NCBI GenBank assembly: GCA_013239625.1
Contig: MU054187.1
Coordinates: 13,610,974-13,674,973, forward strand
Length of the DNA stretch: 64,000 nucleotides
Direction: 5' to 3'
Origin: Lama guanicoe
Taxonomy: Eukaryota
Positions 52,445 through 64,000 of the stretch are shown here, piece by piece. The notes beneath the pieces are model-generated. The model had not been told where the DNA came from and ran no database searches. It was given only the letters and a program-made list of their open reading frames with translations. The first letter of the stretch is position 1. Every line of letters begins with the position of its first letter. The position numbers were made by a program, and so were the translations under genes.

Positions 52445-53050
52445 TGAATATGTATCCGGTACTGGGCCAAGCGTCAGGATGACATGGTGAGCCAGACTAT
52501 GCCACCGCAAGGAGCCTGCAGCCAGCGGTAAGGAAGGGGTGAGGAAACAGGAGAGTGTGACTCAGCACCTTCTCACGGTATGAAAGAGAGAAGTACCAAG
52601 TACCCTAACCCAGGTTTGGTTTGCTGGAAGAGACTGGAGATGGCAGTGAGTCTGGTGTGACAGGGACACCGCAGATAGCTCACTGTGGTGGGTGTTTGTT
52701 GGGGAGGGAGGGAAGGAGCTACGAGTGTGGGGCTGGAGATCGGGCTTAAAACGTAGAACACTGCATTGTGCAAAGGAGTTTGAACTCTTATTTGAACCTC
52801 AGAAAAGCCACTAACAGAAAAGCTGAGGGGTAAAACTATCAAACGTGTCCTTTAGAAAGTTCACCCTTCTGTAAACAGGTGGAGGAATTTTAAATGGTTA
52901 AGGAAACAAAAGCCAAAACAGGAAGAGGAGAGACCTATTTGGACAGGCTTTACTTGAAAAGAGTCAATGATGGTTGTGACCCCAAAAGTAAAGTAGTGGC
53001 CAAGACACTGGGGAGAAATAGAATCAAGTCAACCAGCCTGGGAACAGTGA
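52445..53050 (-). mobile_element. L2 LINE fragment
   Basis: caaggagcctgcagccagc ... aaggagtttgaactcttatttgaacctcagaaaagccact. Confidence 0.7.
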
Positions 53051-53197
53051 AATTTTTCATGGAATCAGTTCAGACTTTTAAAATTTTGAATTACTGTTAT
53101 AACAACTGAAAAGACATCCATTCTCTTTGTGTTGGCTTCACATTTCTTTGTCTTGTTAAAGTCCAATTAGAAGGAACAGAAACCAATTTCTCTATTT

Positions 53198-53400
53198 CAG
53201 AGGCTTTCAAATTTTTAACCGCAACTCACAGTAAGAATTGTATTTTACAACATTAGGTACACATACACAAAAGGGGGACCGAAAAAAATCCGCAGAACAG
53301 CAATCAGCCTCATTACATATAATGTACTCTGGTATTTTCTGTCTTGCTGTCATTTTAATTATCTCTTCATGACACAGTACATTTCACTATCATGAATATA
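53198..53400 (+). mobile_element. MER112-like hAT-Charlie element
   Basis: cagaggctttcaaatttttaaccgcaactcacagtaagaattgtattttacaac...aatgtactctggtattttct. Confidence 0.7.
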
Positions 53401-54410
53401 AAAGTTTAACTTAAGTAATGAGGAATGCTCTGAGGACATTTTCTTCCTTTGAACTCAAGGCTTGACACAGGAAAATATGCTGGAAAAAGTTCTGGACTTT
53501 GAAATCAGCCCTGAGTCCAACCCTGGATTCACAATTTAGTGATTATCATGCCTAAGGCAATACCTGCTCCTTGAGGACATATAGTAATGCTACCAGTCAT
53601 CATTTATTAAGCACTTCTCCGTAGCAGGCATCATACTGATCTACACCAAAAAAAGAAAAAAAAATACAAAGCAAGATAAAACAAACCCAAAGTAAAGATA
53701 CAATAGTACCATAGTAATACCGATTAAAGGACTCTTGTCTTGATTAAATGTAATGAGACCTAGCATAGGATCCAGAGTATAGTAGTTAAAAAAATGAATG
53801 AATGAAAAAAATATATATAAGATGAAGCATTTATTAAAACCAAACAGGAACTATTTTATTTCTTACTACACAATTTCAAACATTCAAAAGAACTCACACA
53901 TGTGCACGCACACATGGATGTTTAAAAAATTACACTAACAAACCATTAACTCATGGACCCAGCAATCAGCTTAAGAAACTATATATTAGATACACCTCTG
54001 AACTGAAGCAAGCTGCGTGCTCCTCCCCATCTCATTCCCTTCTTTCTCCCTGGAAGTAATCTCTACCCTGACTTTTGTGTCCATCTTCCTCTTTCTTTGC
54101 TACATTGTTTTTCCACATTTATATGAGTTTTAAAAAATATACTGTGTCCTTTAGCATCGTTTAAAGTTACAGACGTGGCATCTCTCTCTGTATTATTTCT
54201 GTGACTTGCTTCTTTCCTCTCAACTGAGCCTGTGATATTCATCCAAGAGGAGATGTATAAAAGGAGCTCATGCACGTTTAGTGTTGGATACCCCATAATT
54301 TATTTATGAATGTGTGGGTTATTTCCAGTTTGTTTGTTTTTTGTATTACAAACAATGCTCCTGAAAGCAATCATGTACAGGCTTCCCAGTACATATACAC
54401 ACGAGTTTCT

Positions 54411-54600
54411 AGGGTTGCCAAATATAAAACAGGACATCCAATTAAATTTGAATTTTAGAGAAACAATGAAAGTTTTTTTTTAACACAAGTACGCCCCATG
54501 CAAAATTAGGACATACTGATACTAAGATTTATTTGTCATGTCTCTGGAATTAAATTTAACTGGATGCCCTGTATTTTTACTTGCTTAATCTAGCAACCCG
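54411..54600 (+). mobile_element. MER53 palindromic hAT MITE
   Basis: agggttgccaaatataaaacaggacatccaattaaatttgaatt ... aattaaatttaactggatgccctgtatttttacttgcttaatctagcaaccc. Confidence 0.92.
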
Positions 54601-54742
54601 ATGGATTTCTCGTACTTAAGGGTGGAATTTCTGGGCCATAGGGAATATTTGAGGTGCTGTCAAATGTTTTCAAAAATAGCTGAAACAATTTGCCACACAT
54701 ACCACTACCAAGAGGTTATGAGTTCTCATGGATTTATAGCCT

Positions 54743-55123
54743 CACTATATGGAATGAACCATATCCTCCAAAATTTATATTTTGAAGCCCTAACTCCCAG
54801 GGTAACTGTGTTTGGAGAGAGCTCCTTTAAGAAAGCAATTAAGGTTAAATTAGGTCATAAGGGTGGGGACTTAAGACTGATGTCCTTAAAAGAAGAGGAA
54901 GAGATACCAGAGCACACTCTCACACGTCCTTTCTCTCTCTCTCTCTCTCTCTTTTTCTCTCTCTCTCTCCATTCAGAAGAGAGGCCAAGGCAACAGCCTA
55001 CAAGCCAGGAAGAGAGGTCTCACTTGACTTCCAAGCATCCAGAACCATGAGAAAATAAAGGTCTGTTGTGTAAGCTACCCAGTCTATAGTACCTTGTCAT
55101 GGCAGCCCTAACAGACTAATACA
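54743..55123 (+). mobile_element. MaLR solo LTR (MLT1A/A0) with (CT)n tract
   Basis: caaaatttatattttgaagccctaactccc ... ccagtctatagtaccttgtcatggcagccctaacagactaataca. Confidence 0.9.
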
Positions 55124-57149
55124 TTCACCAACATCTGGTATACCAGACATTTTTGTGACTATGATTGTCAGAAATGGCTTGTCTTTGTAATTTTAATGTA
55201 TGTTCCTCTAATTACTAACAAAATTAAAGCTTCTTTTCATATGTTAATGGTCCATTTATGTTTCCTCTTCTGGGATGTACCTACCTACGTCTTTGCCCAT
55301 TTTCTTTTTGAGTTAGTTTCCTTTTCCTTATTGAATTACTGGATATTAGACCTTAGGTAATTATATGTGGTTCATATATCTTCTTGAAGTTTGTGACTTG
55401 ACCTTTCCAGTTCTCTGTGTTATCTTTTGAAAAACAGAAATTATCAATTCTGATGAAACTCAATTTATCCATCTTTTCCTTCACTATTTATACCTATTTC
55501 TCTTGCTTAAGAAATCTTTTCCTAACTTGATGTCAGACCTATTTTCCTTTATTTTCTTCTAGTAGTTTAAATTTTTCTGCTTCACATTTTCACATTAATC
55601 CATCAGTGACTGAAATTTTTGTGTATGACGTGAAGCAGAAATTCAATTTCACTTATGTGCTAGAATCTTATCATTGTTTATCAGATTAAGCACTAATTCT
55701 TCACAGATGTACAATGTCTCTTATCTTATAAATCAAATTTAAATGTATACTCGAATCTCTTTCATTTTGTTCTTTGATCAAATACTCTTTTGCTATCTGA
55801 TACTAGACAGTTTCTTAATTACTATAACTTTATATTAAAGTCTTGATAACTGGTAAAGCAAGGCTTCCCATCTTATATTTTTACTTAAGGAGTCTCGGTT
55901 ATTTGGAATCTTTATTCTTTCATATAAATTTTAGAATCATCTTGAAATTTTCCTGAAAGGATCCCTATTGGGATGTTCATTACACTGATCAGTTTGGGAG
56001 AGCTGTTATGATTTGGAGTCTTCATATCCATGAACATGACCTAATACACCATTTATTAAGGTCTTTCAAAAATGCATTTAAATAATGTTACATACTTTTT
56101 CCAAAAATGGCTTCAAACAACTTTTGCAGGATTTTTCCTAGGTAGAGTCCATTAGACTCCAATCTAGAATTTGTAAATATAACAAAAACTAGTTCCTAAG
56201 TGGTTGGTACCTAAGGTGGAATGATGTCAGTGCTTTGGAATGAAGTCACCTTGGTTCATGAATTTTGTTGGGAGGATTATTTTGTATCACCAAGTAGCAA
56301 CACAAAGTACATAAGCACAGCTGAATGGGGAGCAATGGGGAGACAGAGTGTATGTGATGCCCATTTATGCCTGTTCTTCTTCTTCCCCCAGTTTCACCAA
56401 GTGAAGTACGTCTTCTTAGAGGCACTTATTGTATGATCCTCCCCATTCATTGTTCCATTTGTCTTTGTCTCCATAACACTGCAACTTCAACATTTCCTCT
56501 CCTTTCACCAAGGTTCCTTCACCTTTTTTTTTTTAAAAAAAAGTAAGGCCTTATATTTATTATAGCATTTCTTTATATAGTAAGAATGAGATTTTTAAAA
56601 ACATATTAGTCTACATTAATAGTAGCTGTGTCTGCATAATAAAGAACATTTAAATCATACGGCTATCACTAAATTATTTTTAAAACATTCAGATTTTTCA
56701 TGATTCTCTGCTCATTATTCATATTTTGTGCATTTTAAAATGTCACAACTAGTCTAAATTATGGCTCACTAGTTCAGTTTCTTTTCTTCATTATCTAAAA
56801 CTTAGCCAAGCCATGTGCTATAATCTTCTAGCTAGCTTGTTCCCATTCTCTTAGATCAAATATTTACACTGAAGGATCTCTCTCTCTCTTTTTAGTTCCC
56901 CAAGTGTACAGTAACTTCAATTAGTATTCTTGAGTTTTATAAACTGTAGAAAATAAGAGAGGAATACAAATAAGCAGAAGTGTCCCCACAGTTAGGTTTT
57001 TGTGCCTTTTACACAAGACAGCCTGGTTTTATTTTCTAGGGATGAAGCAATACAATGTAGGAGACTTTTCAAAAAATACATTGGATGCGGTAAAAAGAAA
57101 ATTAGGCATTTCAGAAGGAGAGCTTGGTGAACTTAAAGATGCAGCAATA

Positions 57150-58170
57150 ATTCACTTCTGAACCCACTCAAATCTGGTTCTACCTTCACTTTCCATTCAG
57201 ACTCTCCCTGGGTCATCTCCATGATTGCCACTGAGACGTGTCCTTTGTAGGCTTCTCATCCTTTGTGTAAATATTTCAAGGCTCCCTCTCGTCTCCTGCT
57301 TCCCCACTTCTCCCCTTCCTTCCTCACCCTATATATTCTCCCTGGACAATTTGTGCATGCTTGTGACTGTAATTATAACCTTGCCGCTTATGACTTCCAA
57401 TTTTATAGCTGACTCAAATGACTTGCCTGTCCCAGGTCCATATGTCCAATGTCGATGTTTTCTTTACTCGAAATACTCTCCAACTCAACATGTTCTAAGA
57501 GGGATTTATCTTCCCCAGAAACATACCTGTGACTTACATTTGTTATATAATGGTACCATTATATAACATCTTCCACTTACTGAAGCCAGAGACTTGTCAT
57601 CTTAAAATTGTCCTTTCCCTTCACTCTGTATTGAACCAGTCATCAATTTCTATCAGTTCTTCCTTTTATATCCACCCCACCACCACCATTTTCCTACTAC
57701 TAACATATTGTAGGCCCTTGTCATTTTTCTCTTACGGAAGAACAACGAGAACTTTCTGATGGTCTCTCTGCTTCAGATTTTACCCACCTCCAGTCACCCC
57801 TTCAATTTGCTGCCAGAGAACTTTTTATTGTACACAGTCTGGATGATGTCATGGCCCTAGTTCTAAGTGTTTCAGTGGCTCCTTATCACACCAAAAGATA
57901 AGATCAAAATGTCTTATCAATGTCTTGCTGCCAAAGCCTCTGCCTACCTTCTTGGCCTCATCTCCCACCAGCGCTAGTTCCAGAATGCCTCATGATCTCA
58001 CACCTGCCCATGAAGGACCCTCTCCCTGGACATTCTCTCCCCATACCTTGCCTTCCTACCTCAATATTCCTGAAAATTACTACTCATCCTTAGCTGTCCT
58101 CTCAAAAACCTTCTTCGTAAAGCTTTTGAAGTTTCCTCCATTTGATCTTAAGTGCTCCTTCTCCTAAACA
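57150..58170 (+). mobile_element. L2 LINE fragment
   Basis: cccactcaaatctggttctacc, tatgacttccaattttatagct, ctgatggtctctctgcttc, tttcagtggctccttatcac. Confidence 0.8.
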
Positions 58171-58849
58171 CCCACGTGCACTTTAAATTTTGTAAGACTA
58201 GGTGCAGAAGAAAATTGGTGATACAAAATCATAACAAATCAGAGCATCACTTCCCACCAATAACATTATATGAAGATTCCCAAAGTAGGACGGGAGGGAG
58301 CAGGAAGGAAATCAGAGAAAAGGGAGTTTAGATACTGGTCAACTTCTGTGCCATTTAGACTGAGCTCTGGGAGAGCAGAGGAAAGGAGGGAGGAAAGCAA
58401 GTGATAACACAACGTCCAGATGGATTTGCAGGATGGAGAGTAGAGAAGACCGGAGCATCTCTTCCTGAGTAGATCCGCAGGAGTGGAGTGGAACAACAGG
58501 AGAGAAATGGCTCTATGGTGTGTCTCAGCAGAGAGGGCCACTCAGGAGAGAGCAAAAATAGGATGATGACTTTGTGGGTCTGAGAACTGCAGGCAGATAG
58601 GATCTCAGAAAGCCACATAATGTATTTTCAGGCCCCATGGGTCTTGTGGCAGCAAAATTGATTCCTGTGCACCAATGAAGGGCACGGAGGTAGCAAGAAA
58701 AGTCACTAGAGCTAGAATCCTCACACCTGGAACCAGAAATGATGGATCACGACTCCCAGGGACACGTGACTTAGAGCCAATTAAGATTTACCCTTAGAAT
58801 TGCTTGAGGATCTAACCTTTTCCCCATATCCAACTCCAAAGGTAAATGG

Positions 58850-59228
58850 TAACTTGTAACCGGTCATGGTAGCCACACCGGGTGATGGTGATACCATTGG
58901 GGTTTTTAGGGAAAGCTTTGCTCACTGCCAGAAGGAGGCCCTGGAAAAGAGTCCCTTACTGTCTCTGAGTGTTGCTGTCTCTTAATTATCTCGGCAACCA
59001 CTGCTGCCATCTTACAGTCATGAGACAAGACAACCTAAGGGCAAAGCAAATCTAGGGGAGGCAGAGAAAGAGACGGAAAAAATCAATGTTCTTTATGATA
59101 CTGAGTCACTGTATCAACTCTGAAACCTATCCTCCAATTAGGTGAGGTCAGATGTGTTTCTTTATTATTTAAACCACTTTGAGCTAGGATTTTCTGTTAT
59201 TTAAAATCAAAGACATTCTGCTTACACA
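58850..59228 (+). mobile_element. LTR33-like ERVL solo LTR
   Basis: gctgccatcttacagtcatgag ... tttaaaccactttgagctaggattttctgttatttaaaatcaaagacattctgcttacaca. Confidence 0.7.
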
Positions 59229-60884
59229 ATTGTCTTATGCTTCAGGAAACCTAAAACTTTCGCTTTAAAAAACCAGCATGATCCTTCCCCTCTGCTCATT
59301 TGCAGGAATTTCACTATCAATTGTACACCTTTGTCAGTCATTGTATGTTGAAATGGCTCAATGAAGCATCACATAAATGACCAAAAGGGAAGCCCAGATG
59401 GGGTACAGAGCACATCTCATGTAGTACATTTCACATAAATACACTCAGCCGAGGGTTTTGCATTTTCCAGGGTGGGGAGCTCTGACTCCTTGGTTGAGGG
59501 CATAGACTGCAGTCTGCAATGCTAATTTTCACCATCTGAGTGCTCAGGAGAGTGGTCAGCACATGGAGAGGCTATGCATGAATGTTTCCTTAGGAAAATA
59601 TCTTGGAGAGAGATTGTACATTTAATTACTTAATAATTTTATATAGCTATAAAATTAATCAGTTCTTCATAGGTAGCATCAAACAGGGTACCTAATCAGC
59701 AAGGTTTTATGGTGTCTGTTCTCCGGAAACTAGAAACCTAAAGAACGGAAGAGGAAGTAGACAGCAGAAGTTACACAGGCTAGTGGGGGAAGTGTGGGGG
59801 GAACAAGAATCTAAGAGAAGGAAGAAGGGAAGGTTGGAGGAGGAGGAAGGGAAAGTTAAAATCTGAAGAATCTAGGGTGGTAATGATTGCAACTTAGCTC
59901 CATCTAACCATGAAATCTAGTTGAGGAGGGAGATAAGTGAAAGTAGAATGGAGTGATAGCCTGAAATAATTAGCAAAGATTGAGTAGATGTAATAGGGAC
60001 AAAGAAATGGGAGACAGGGTGGACCAGAAGTGATGGTTCAAAGCCTGAAATCTAAGAGGTGGATCAAGAGTGAAAAGGCTAAGATGGAACTAAGATGGCT
60101 GAACGAGCATGAAGGATGGAGGTCAGGGAAGGATGAAGAAGTACTGAGCACCACGTGCTAGCCTGTCATCCATATGGATGGAAAGAGGAAGACCATTTCA
60201 GAAAATAGCATATTCATTCATTATTGTCCAAACATTTTACATGCAGAGATTAAAATTGCCTTTCATGAAGGCATTCAGATTAGTGTACACTAATCATCTC
60301 TTTTTATTTTGAAAACACAAAGAGATACAGTGCATGTTTGTGGAAGATGTCTGTTTTAGTCTGTATCAAAATGCAGTCACCGTAAACACTGGCTTGCTGA
60401 GTCTTCCCTGAAGGAAAACTTACCGGCTTGTTGAGAAGATCATTTGATTATCCTGTACATAAATGGCAATACTTATTTTTTTTAATTTCCTTTTCAATGT
60501 CTGATGCTTTATGACAAGTTTATGTTCTGCTTACCAAGACACATCGAGATGAAAAAGTTGAACTCGGTCTCTAGAATTTAGTGTTTTCTTTCCTGTGTTG
60601 ACTAGTTGTTTTTTGTGGGGTTTTTTTGTGCATTTTTTTGCTCTTGTTGTTCATTTGTGTTTATTTTTGTTTATTTCCTTGCAGTATCCGGGCTGAGTCT
60701 TTGGATCCCAGAGGTGCTGTAGCTTCACTCTCAAGATGCAGACTTTGCAGCCTCCTGGTGACCGTCAGACACCTCCTCTGAAGACCCAGAATGAAACCAT
60801 TGGACCACATGTCCTGTACATTCTCTAATAACTACTTAGACCTAAGGTCTTTGTTTCAACACTTTTCTTTGAGCACTAAGACTA

Positions 60885-61105
60885 TGTAATATGGAATGAT
60901 GAAAGAACTTGAACTTTGAGAACCAATGGCCCTTGCCTTTTTTCCCTAATTATGCCTTCTAGAGAAAGTTACTTAACCTCTCTGTGCCTTAATTTCCTGT
61001 CTGTTAAAAAGGGGGTGACAATATGGTTCATCATTCTCAAGTATTACAAGGGTTAAGTGAAAGAATTTCGATACGTGATAAACATAAATACTCAATGAAT
61101 CATAA
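60885..61105 (+). mobile_element. MIR SINE
   Basis: gaaagttacttaacctctctgtgccttaatttcctgtctgttaaaaaggg. Confidence 0.85.
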
Positions 61106-61724
61106 CTTTCAGATAGAATTCTGAAGGGCTCCCTTAGCCGTGCTGCCTCGAGGCGCCCCTGCAGTCCAGGTAGATTATAGTCCCTGGGTAACTCTCTTCT
61201 CCAGTCATGGAAATAAGGAAATTTCCTTTGCTTTGTTCTGTGGAAAATTGCCCTCCAGGAATTCAGTGAAGACTGTTCAGTTGAAAATAGTTAACACAAT
61301 TTTTAAATATGCAGAGTAAAGAAAATAGATTTTATTTTAGTCTTAATGCAGCAGAAATAGAAGAAAATGGAAAATACTGATGAATGTAATTTAGGTATAA
61401 AATATACACAGAAATGAACCTAATAAGGAAATTAGCTTCTAGCCCTAGCATGAGGTTTCAGTTTTATGGGTAATTTGTGAAAAAAAAAAATCTTTTTTAC
61501 TCACTAACATCTTTGGCTCTCAATTTGTTAATCATAGGAAAGCTGGAGGTAAGAAAAAAGAAATTCCACTGGTTTTTATGCAGAGATGTACAGTGAATAG
61601 GTTTAGAATTTGAATCATAGAAATTCAACTATAGAGAAAGACATATAGTTCTGGTGCTTTTTGAACCTAGATATTCAGGTGTGAATATCTTGCTCACATA
61701 CGAATTTATTAACTACACATTTTT

Positions 61725-62490
61725 GCTATCCACAGTCACTCCTTGGTGAGCTCATTTAGTTTCATGGCTTTAAATACCGTCTTACTGCCAACAACTCCCA
61801 AATTTATGCCTCTAGCTCAGACGTCTCCGCTGGACACCAGACTCATACATCCAACAGCCGCTTGACATCTCCACGTATGTGATGAATAAATGTCTCAAAC
61901 TTAACATGCCCCAAACTCCCGAGCTCCTCCTCAAGCAACTGCTCTCTTCTCCATTTTTATTAGTAACATCTGCATTCTTGTCACCAGCCACACCCAATCC
62001 TTCACAAAATTCTATTGGCTCTCCCTTCAGAATACCTCCAGATTTTGGTCACCTCCACTGCTTCTACCCTTGGCCAATTCCATCATCCTGACCTAGACCT
62101 TGATATTTCTGCTTCTGCCTTTGGCCTCCTGTAGCCTAATTCTCAAGCAGCTGCAGGAAAGAGCCTTTTAAGACTTAAATTAGATCATATAATTCTTTTG
62201 ATCAAAACTCTGCAGTTTCTTTCCTTGCCACTCAGATTAAAAGGCAGCCAATTAACCTACCTCCCTGACCTTGTCTGCTACTACTGGTCCCCACCACCTC
62301 ATCCCCAGCTACACTGGCTTCTTGGTGTCCCTGATTATAGCAGGGAAGGCTCCGCCAAGGGTTTTGCTACTGCTTTTTCCTCACCTCGGCTATTCTCCTC
62401 CACCCCCTATTCCCTCGTGGCTACCTGTCTCCACCCAGTGCATGTCTTGACACAAATGTCACCTTCCCACTGAGACCTTCCTCAACCACC
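61725..62490 (+). mobile_element. L2 LINE 3' region, interrupted by ERVL
   Basis: catggctttaaataccgtct...ccagactcatacatccaacagccgcttgacatctccac...tctcaaacttaacatgcccc...caaatgtcaccttcccactgagaccttcc. Confidence 0.9.
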
Positions 62491-62492
62491 TC

Positions 62493-62720
62493 TCTTTATC
62501 TGGATCCTCCAAGAAGCAGACTTCAAGAAGGGGTCAGATGTGCAAGGATCTTTTAAGGGGAAACACCTTTTAGGGAATTTTCAGTAGACATCTCGGAAAG
62601 GCTGAGAGAATCACCAGACTGTGATGCAAGCCTGGCCCTGAGGCTAGGAGCGAGAGGAGGAGGTTGCGGTGGAGGTGTCTGAGACCATGCGGTCTATGGG
62701 GCAGAGGCCTTGGCAGCATC
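62493..62720 (-). mobile_element. LTR16A-like 3' LTR remnant of an ERVL provirus
   Basis: ggatcctccaagaagcagac...gatgtgcaaggatcttttaaggggaaacacc...ccagactgtgatgcaagcctggccc. Confidence 0.8.
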
Positions 62721-62739
62721 TTCCAGCAAAGCTGAAGGG

Positions 62740-63330
62740 CTAGTTTTACTAGGGAAGAGTGGGCTACCTCTGCAAGCCCACAGAGTCTGGGAGAAGGGAT
62801 GTGATAAGGTCAGCATCCTCAGAGGCATCCATAAAGATGTCCCCATCCCATGTTTGTTTCAGGATCTCCTGACCTTTGCATAGCAGACCTGCATTGGCTG
62901 AGCTTTCAAACATCCCTGAAAGTCTGACAATTAGACCTTCAGCCTGCCCTCGGTTGTATCTTCCCTGCCACTCTAGGACAGAGAAGCCTCCTTATAAGCC
63001 ACTGGTATAGGCCCTACGACTGTCACACTTGTTGACAGACTCGCTTTCTTGTTTTCCTTCTGTAGAGCATGACTGCAGCTTAGCAGTAACTGTCAATTCC
63101 GATGTCTTTGTAGGCACTGCTCCCCTGATTTTTAACAAATGCTTTTATATTACACCTGCCACAGAGTTCTCATTCCCATCAGGACGTGGCTCCAGGCCAC
63201 CCCCAGTGAAATCTTTAGCAATGGGGGTGCTATCTTGTGTCAGGCACTGTTGGTGTCTTGCTTACCAACAAGTACAGGAAGCTCTCTGCCTGCTGCCTGT
63301 TTACCTAAACCAAGCCCAGACGCCTATCTC
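62740..63330 (-). pseudogene. Decayed ERVL (HERV16-like) gag N-terminal region
   Basis: Minus-strand translation across stops and frameshifts gives ...LLKISLGVAW...AFVKNQGSSAYKDIGI/LLLSCSHALQKENKK...QAEGLIVR...LKAQPMQVCYAKVR/DPET/WDGDIFMD. This matches the ERVL gag motif YAKVR(ALIGKEW)DPETWDGDIW. Confidence 0.85.
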
Positions 63331-63348
63331 CACTGGTGGTACCGCTTT

Positions 63349-63600
63349 TGTTAGTCCAGGACTTCCAAGAGGCGGACACCAATATTACGTGCATGGATTT
63401 TATTAGGGGAAGTTCTTGTGTTGCAAGAATTGACCCCATTGAGGGGGAAGAAAAAGAAGGCTGGATGAGAGCATCCCAGAATGCCACGCAGACTGAGGAA
63501 GGTTCGGAAAAACCCTCAGGTTGTCCTCAAGCCAAAGTCAGCTGTCAGAGGATCCCATGTGTCCCAGGAATGCACTTTCCTTAATGCAGCAGCTGGTGCC
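63349..63600 (-). mobile_element. LTR16A-like 5' LTR, followed on the minus strand by a PBS-like leader (63330-63348)
   Basis: tgttagtccaggacttccaagaggcggacacc...gtcctcaagccaaagtcagctgtcagagg. Minus strand reads ...CTAACA|AAAGCGGTACCACCAGTGG, like the ERVL internal start TGGTACCAGGAGTGG. Confidence 0.8.
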
Positions 63601-63606
63601 CTTGAA

Positions 63607-64000
63607 CTTGGTAGTGTATATAATGTCCCCCCCAGAGATGTCCACAGCCTCATCCCTAGGATCTGTGAATGTTCCATTGCATAGTAGAAAGGGATTTTAC
63701 GAATATAATTAAAGTTAGAGACCGTAAGGTAGGGAGATTATCCTGGATAAGAGATCAGTTTAACCACATGAACCCTTAAAAGCAACGACCTTTCTCCTGC
63801 TAGAGGCAGAAGACCTGTAACAGAAGGGTAAGTCAGAGAAATTCAAAGCATGAGAAGGACTCACAGTGCTGTTGCAGGAATGCAGGTGGGCCTGTAGGAG
63901 CTGAGAGATGGTTCCGCTGGCAGCCAGCAAGGAAACGAGGACTTCAGTCCTACAACTGCAAGGAACCAACTCTGCCGAAGACCTGAGTGCACTGGGAAGC
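63607..64000 (+). mobile_element. MaLR LTR (MLT1E-like), runs off the window
   Basis: aatgtcccccccagagatgtccacagcctcatccctaggatctgtgaatg ... cagccagcaaggaaacgaggacttcagtcctacaactgcaaggaac. Confidence 0.9.

Larger units (their letters stand above)
53850..56145 (-). mobile_element. Old L1ME LINE hosting MER53 and MLT1A
   Basis: aatttcaaacattcaaaagaa, tgggttatttccagtttg, tctttgcccattttct, catataaattttagaatcatcttg, cttcatatccatgaacatg. Confidence 0.85.

Noticed and set aside
54601..55050. Longest ORF (149 aa)
   Set aside because: It runs across antisense L1ME, an MLT1A LTR and a (CT)n tract, so it is a repeat-derived artefact.

Overview
This is non-coding mammalian (eutherian) genomic DNA with no recognisable protein-coding exon, RNA gene or CRISPR array. 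The ORF track is explained by chance ORFs and by antisense or decayed transposon sequence. The window is dense in ancient repeats: MIR, L2, old L1M, MaLR/MLT1, ERVL LTRs, and hAT/TcMar MITEs such as MER20, MER2, MER53, MER94, MER102, MER112 and MADE2. Younger cetartiodactyl-type L1 3' ends and ERV1-like solo LTRs are also present. I saw no Alu, B1/B2, Bov-tA/BovB, PRE-1, CHR, ERE or SINEC SINEs, which together with the L1 tail style suggests a camelid (inference). Most L1 fragments lie on the minus strand, which would fit an intron of a plus-strand gene or lncRNA. The most notable items are an internally deleted LTR16A/HERV16-like ERVL provirus with a readable gag remnant, a perfect 15-bp inverted repeat carrying RFX-like half sites, a 19-bp DR4 nuclear-receptor element repeated exactly 1.44 kb apart, a solo LTR with triplicated TATA and CCAAT boxes, multi-level TE nests, and several homeodomain-motif-rich repeat-free blocks that may be enhancers. 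I did not find evidence for a wholly new biological system. Repeat family names come from remembered consensus sequences, not from a search, and boundaries are approximate unless termini are quoted.
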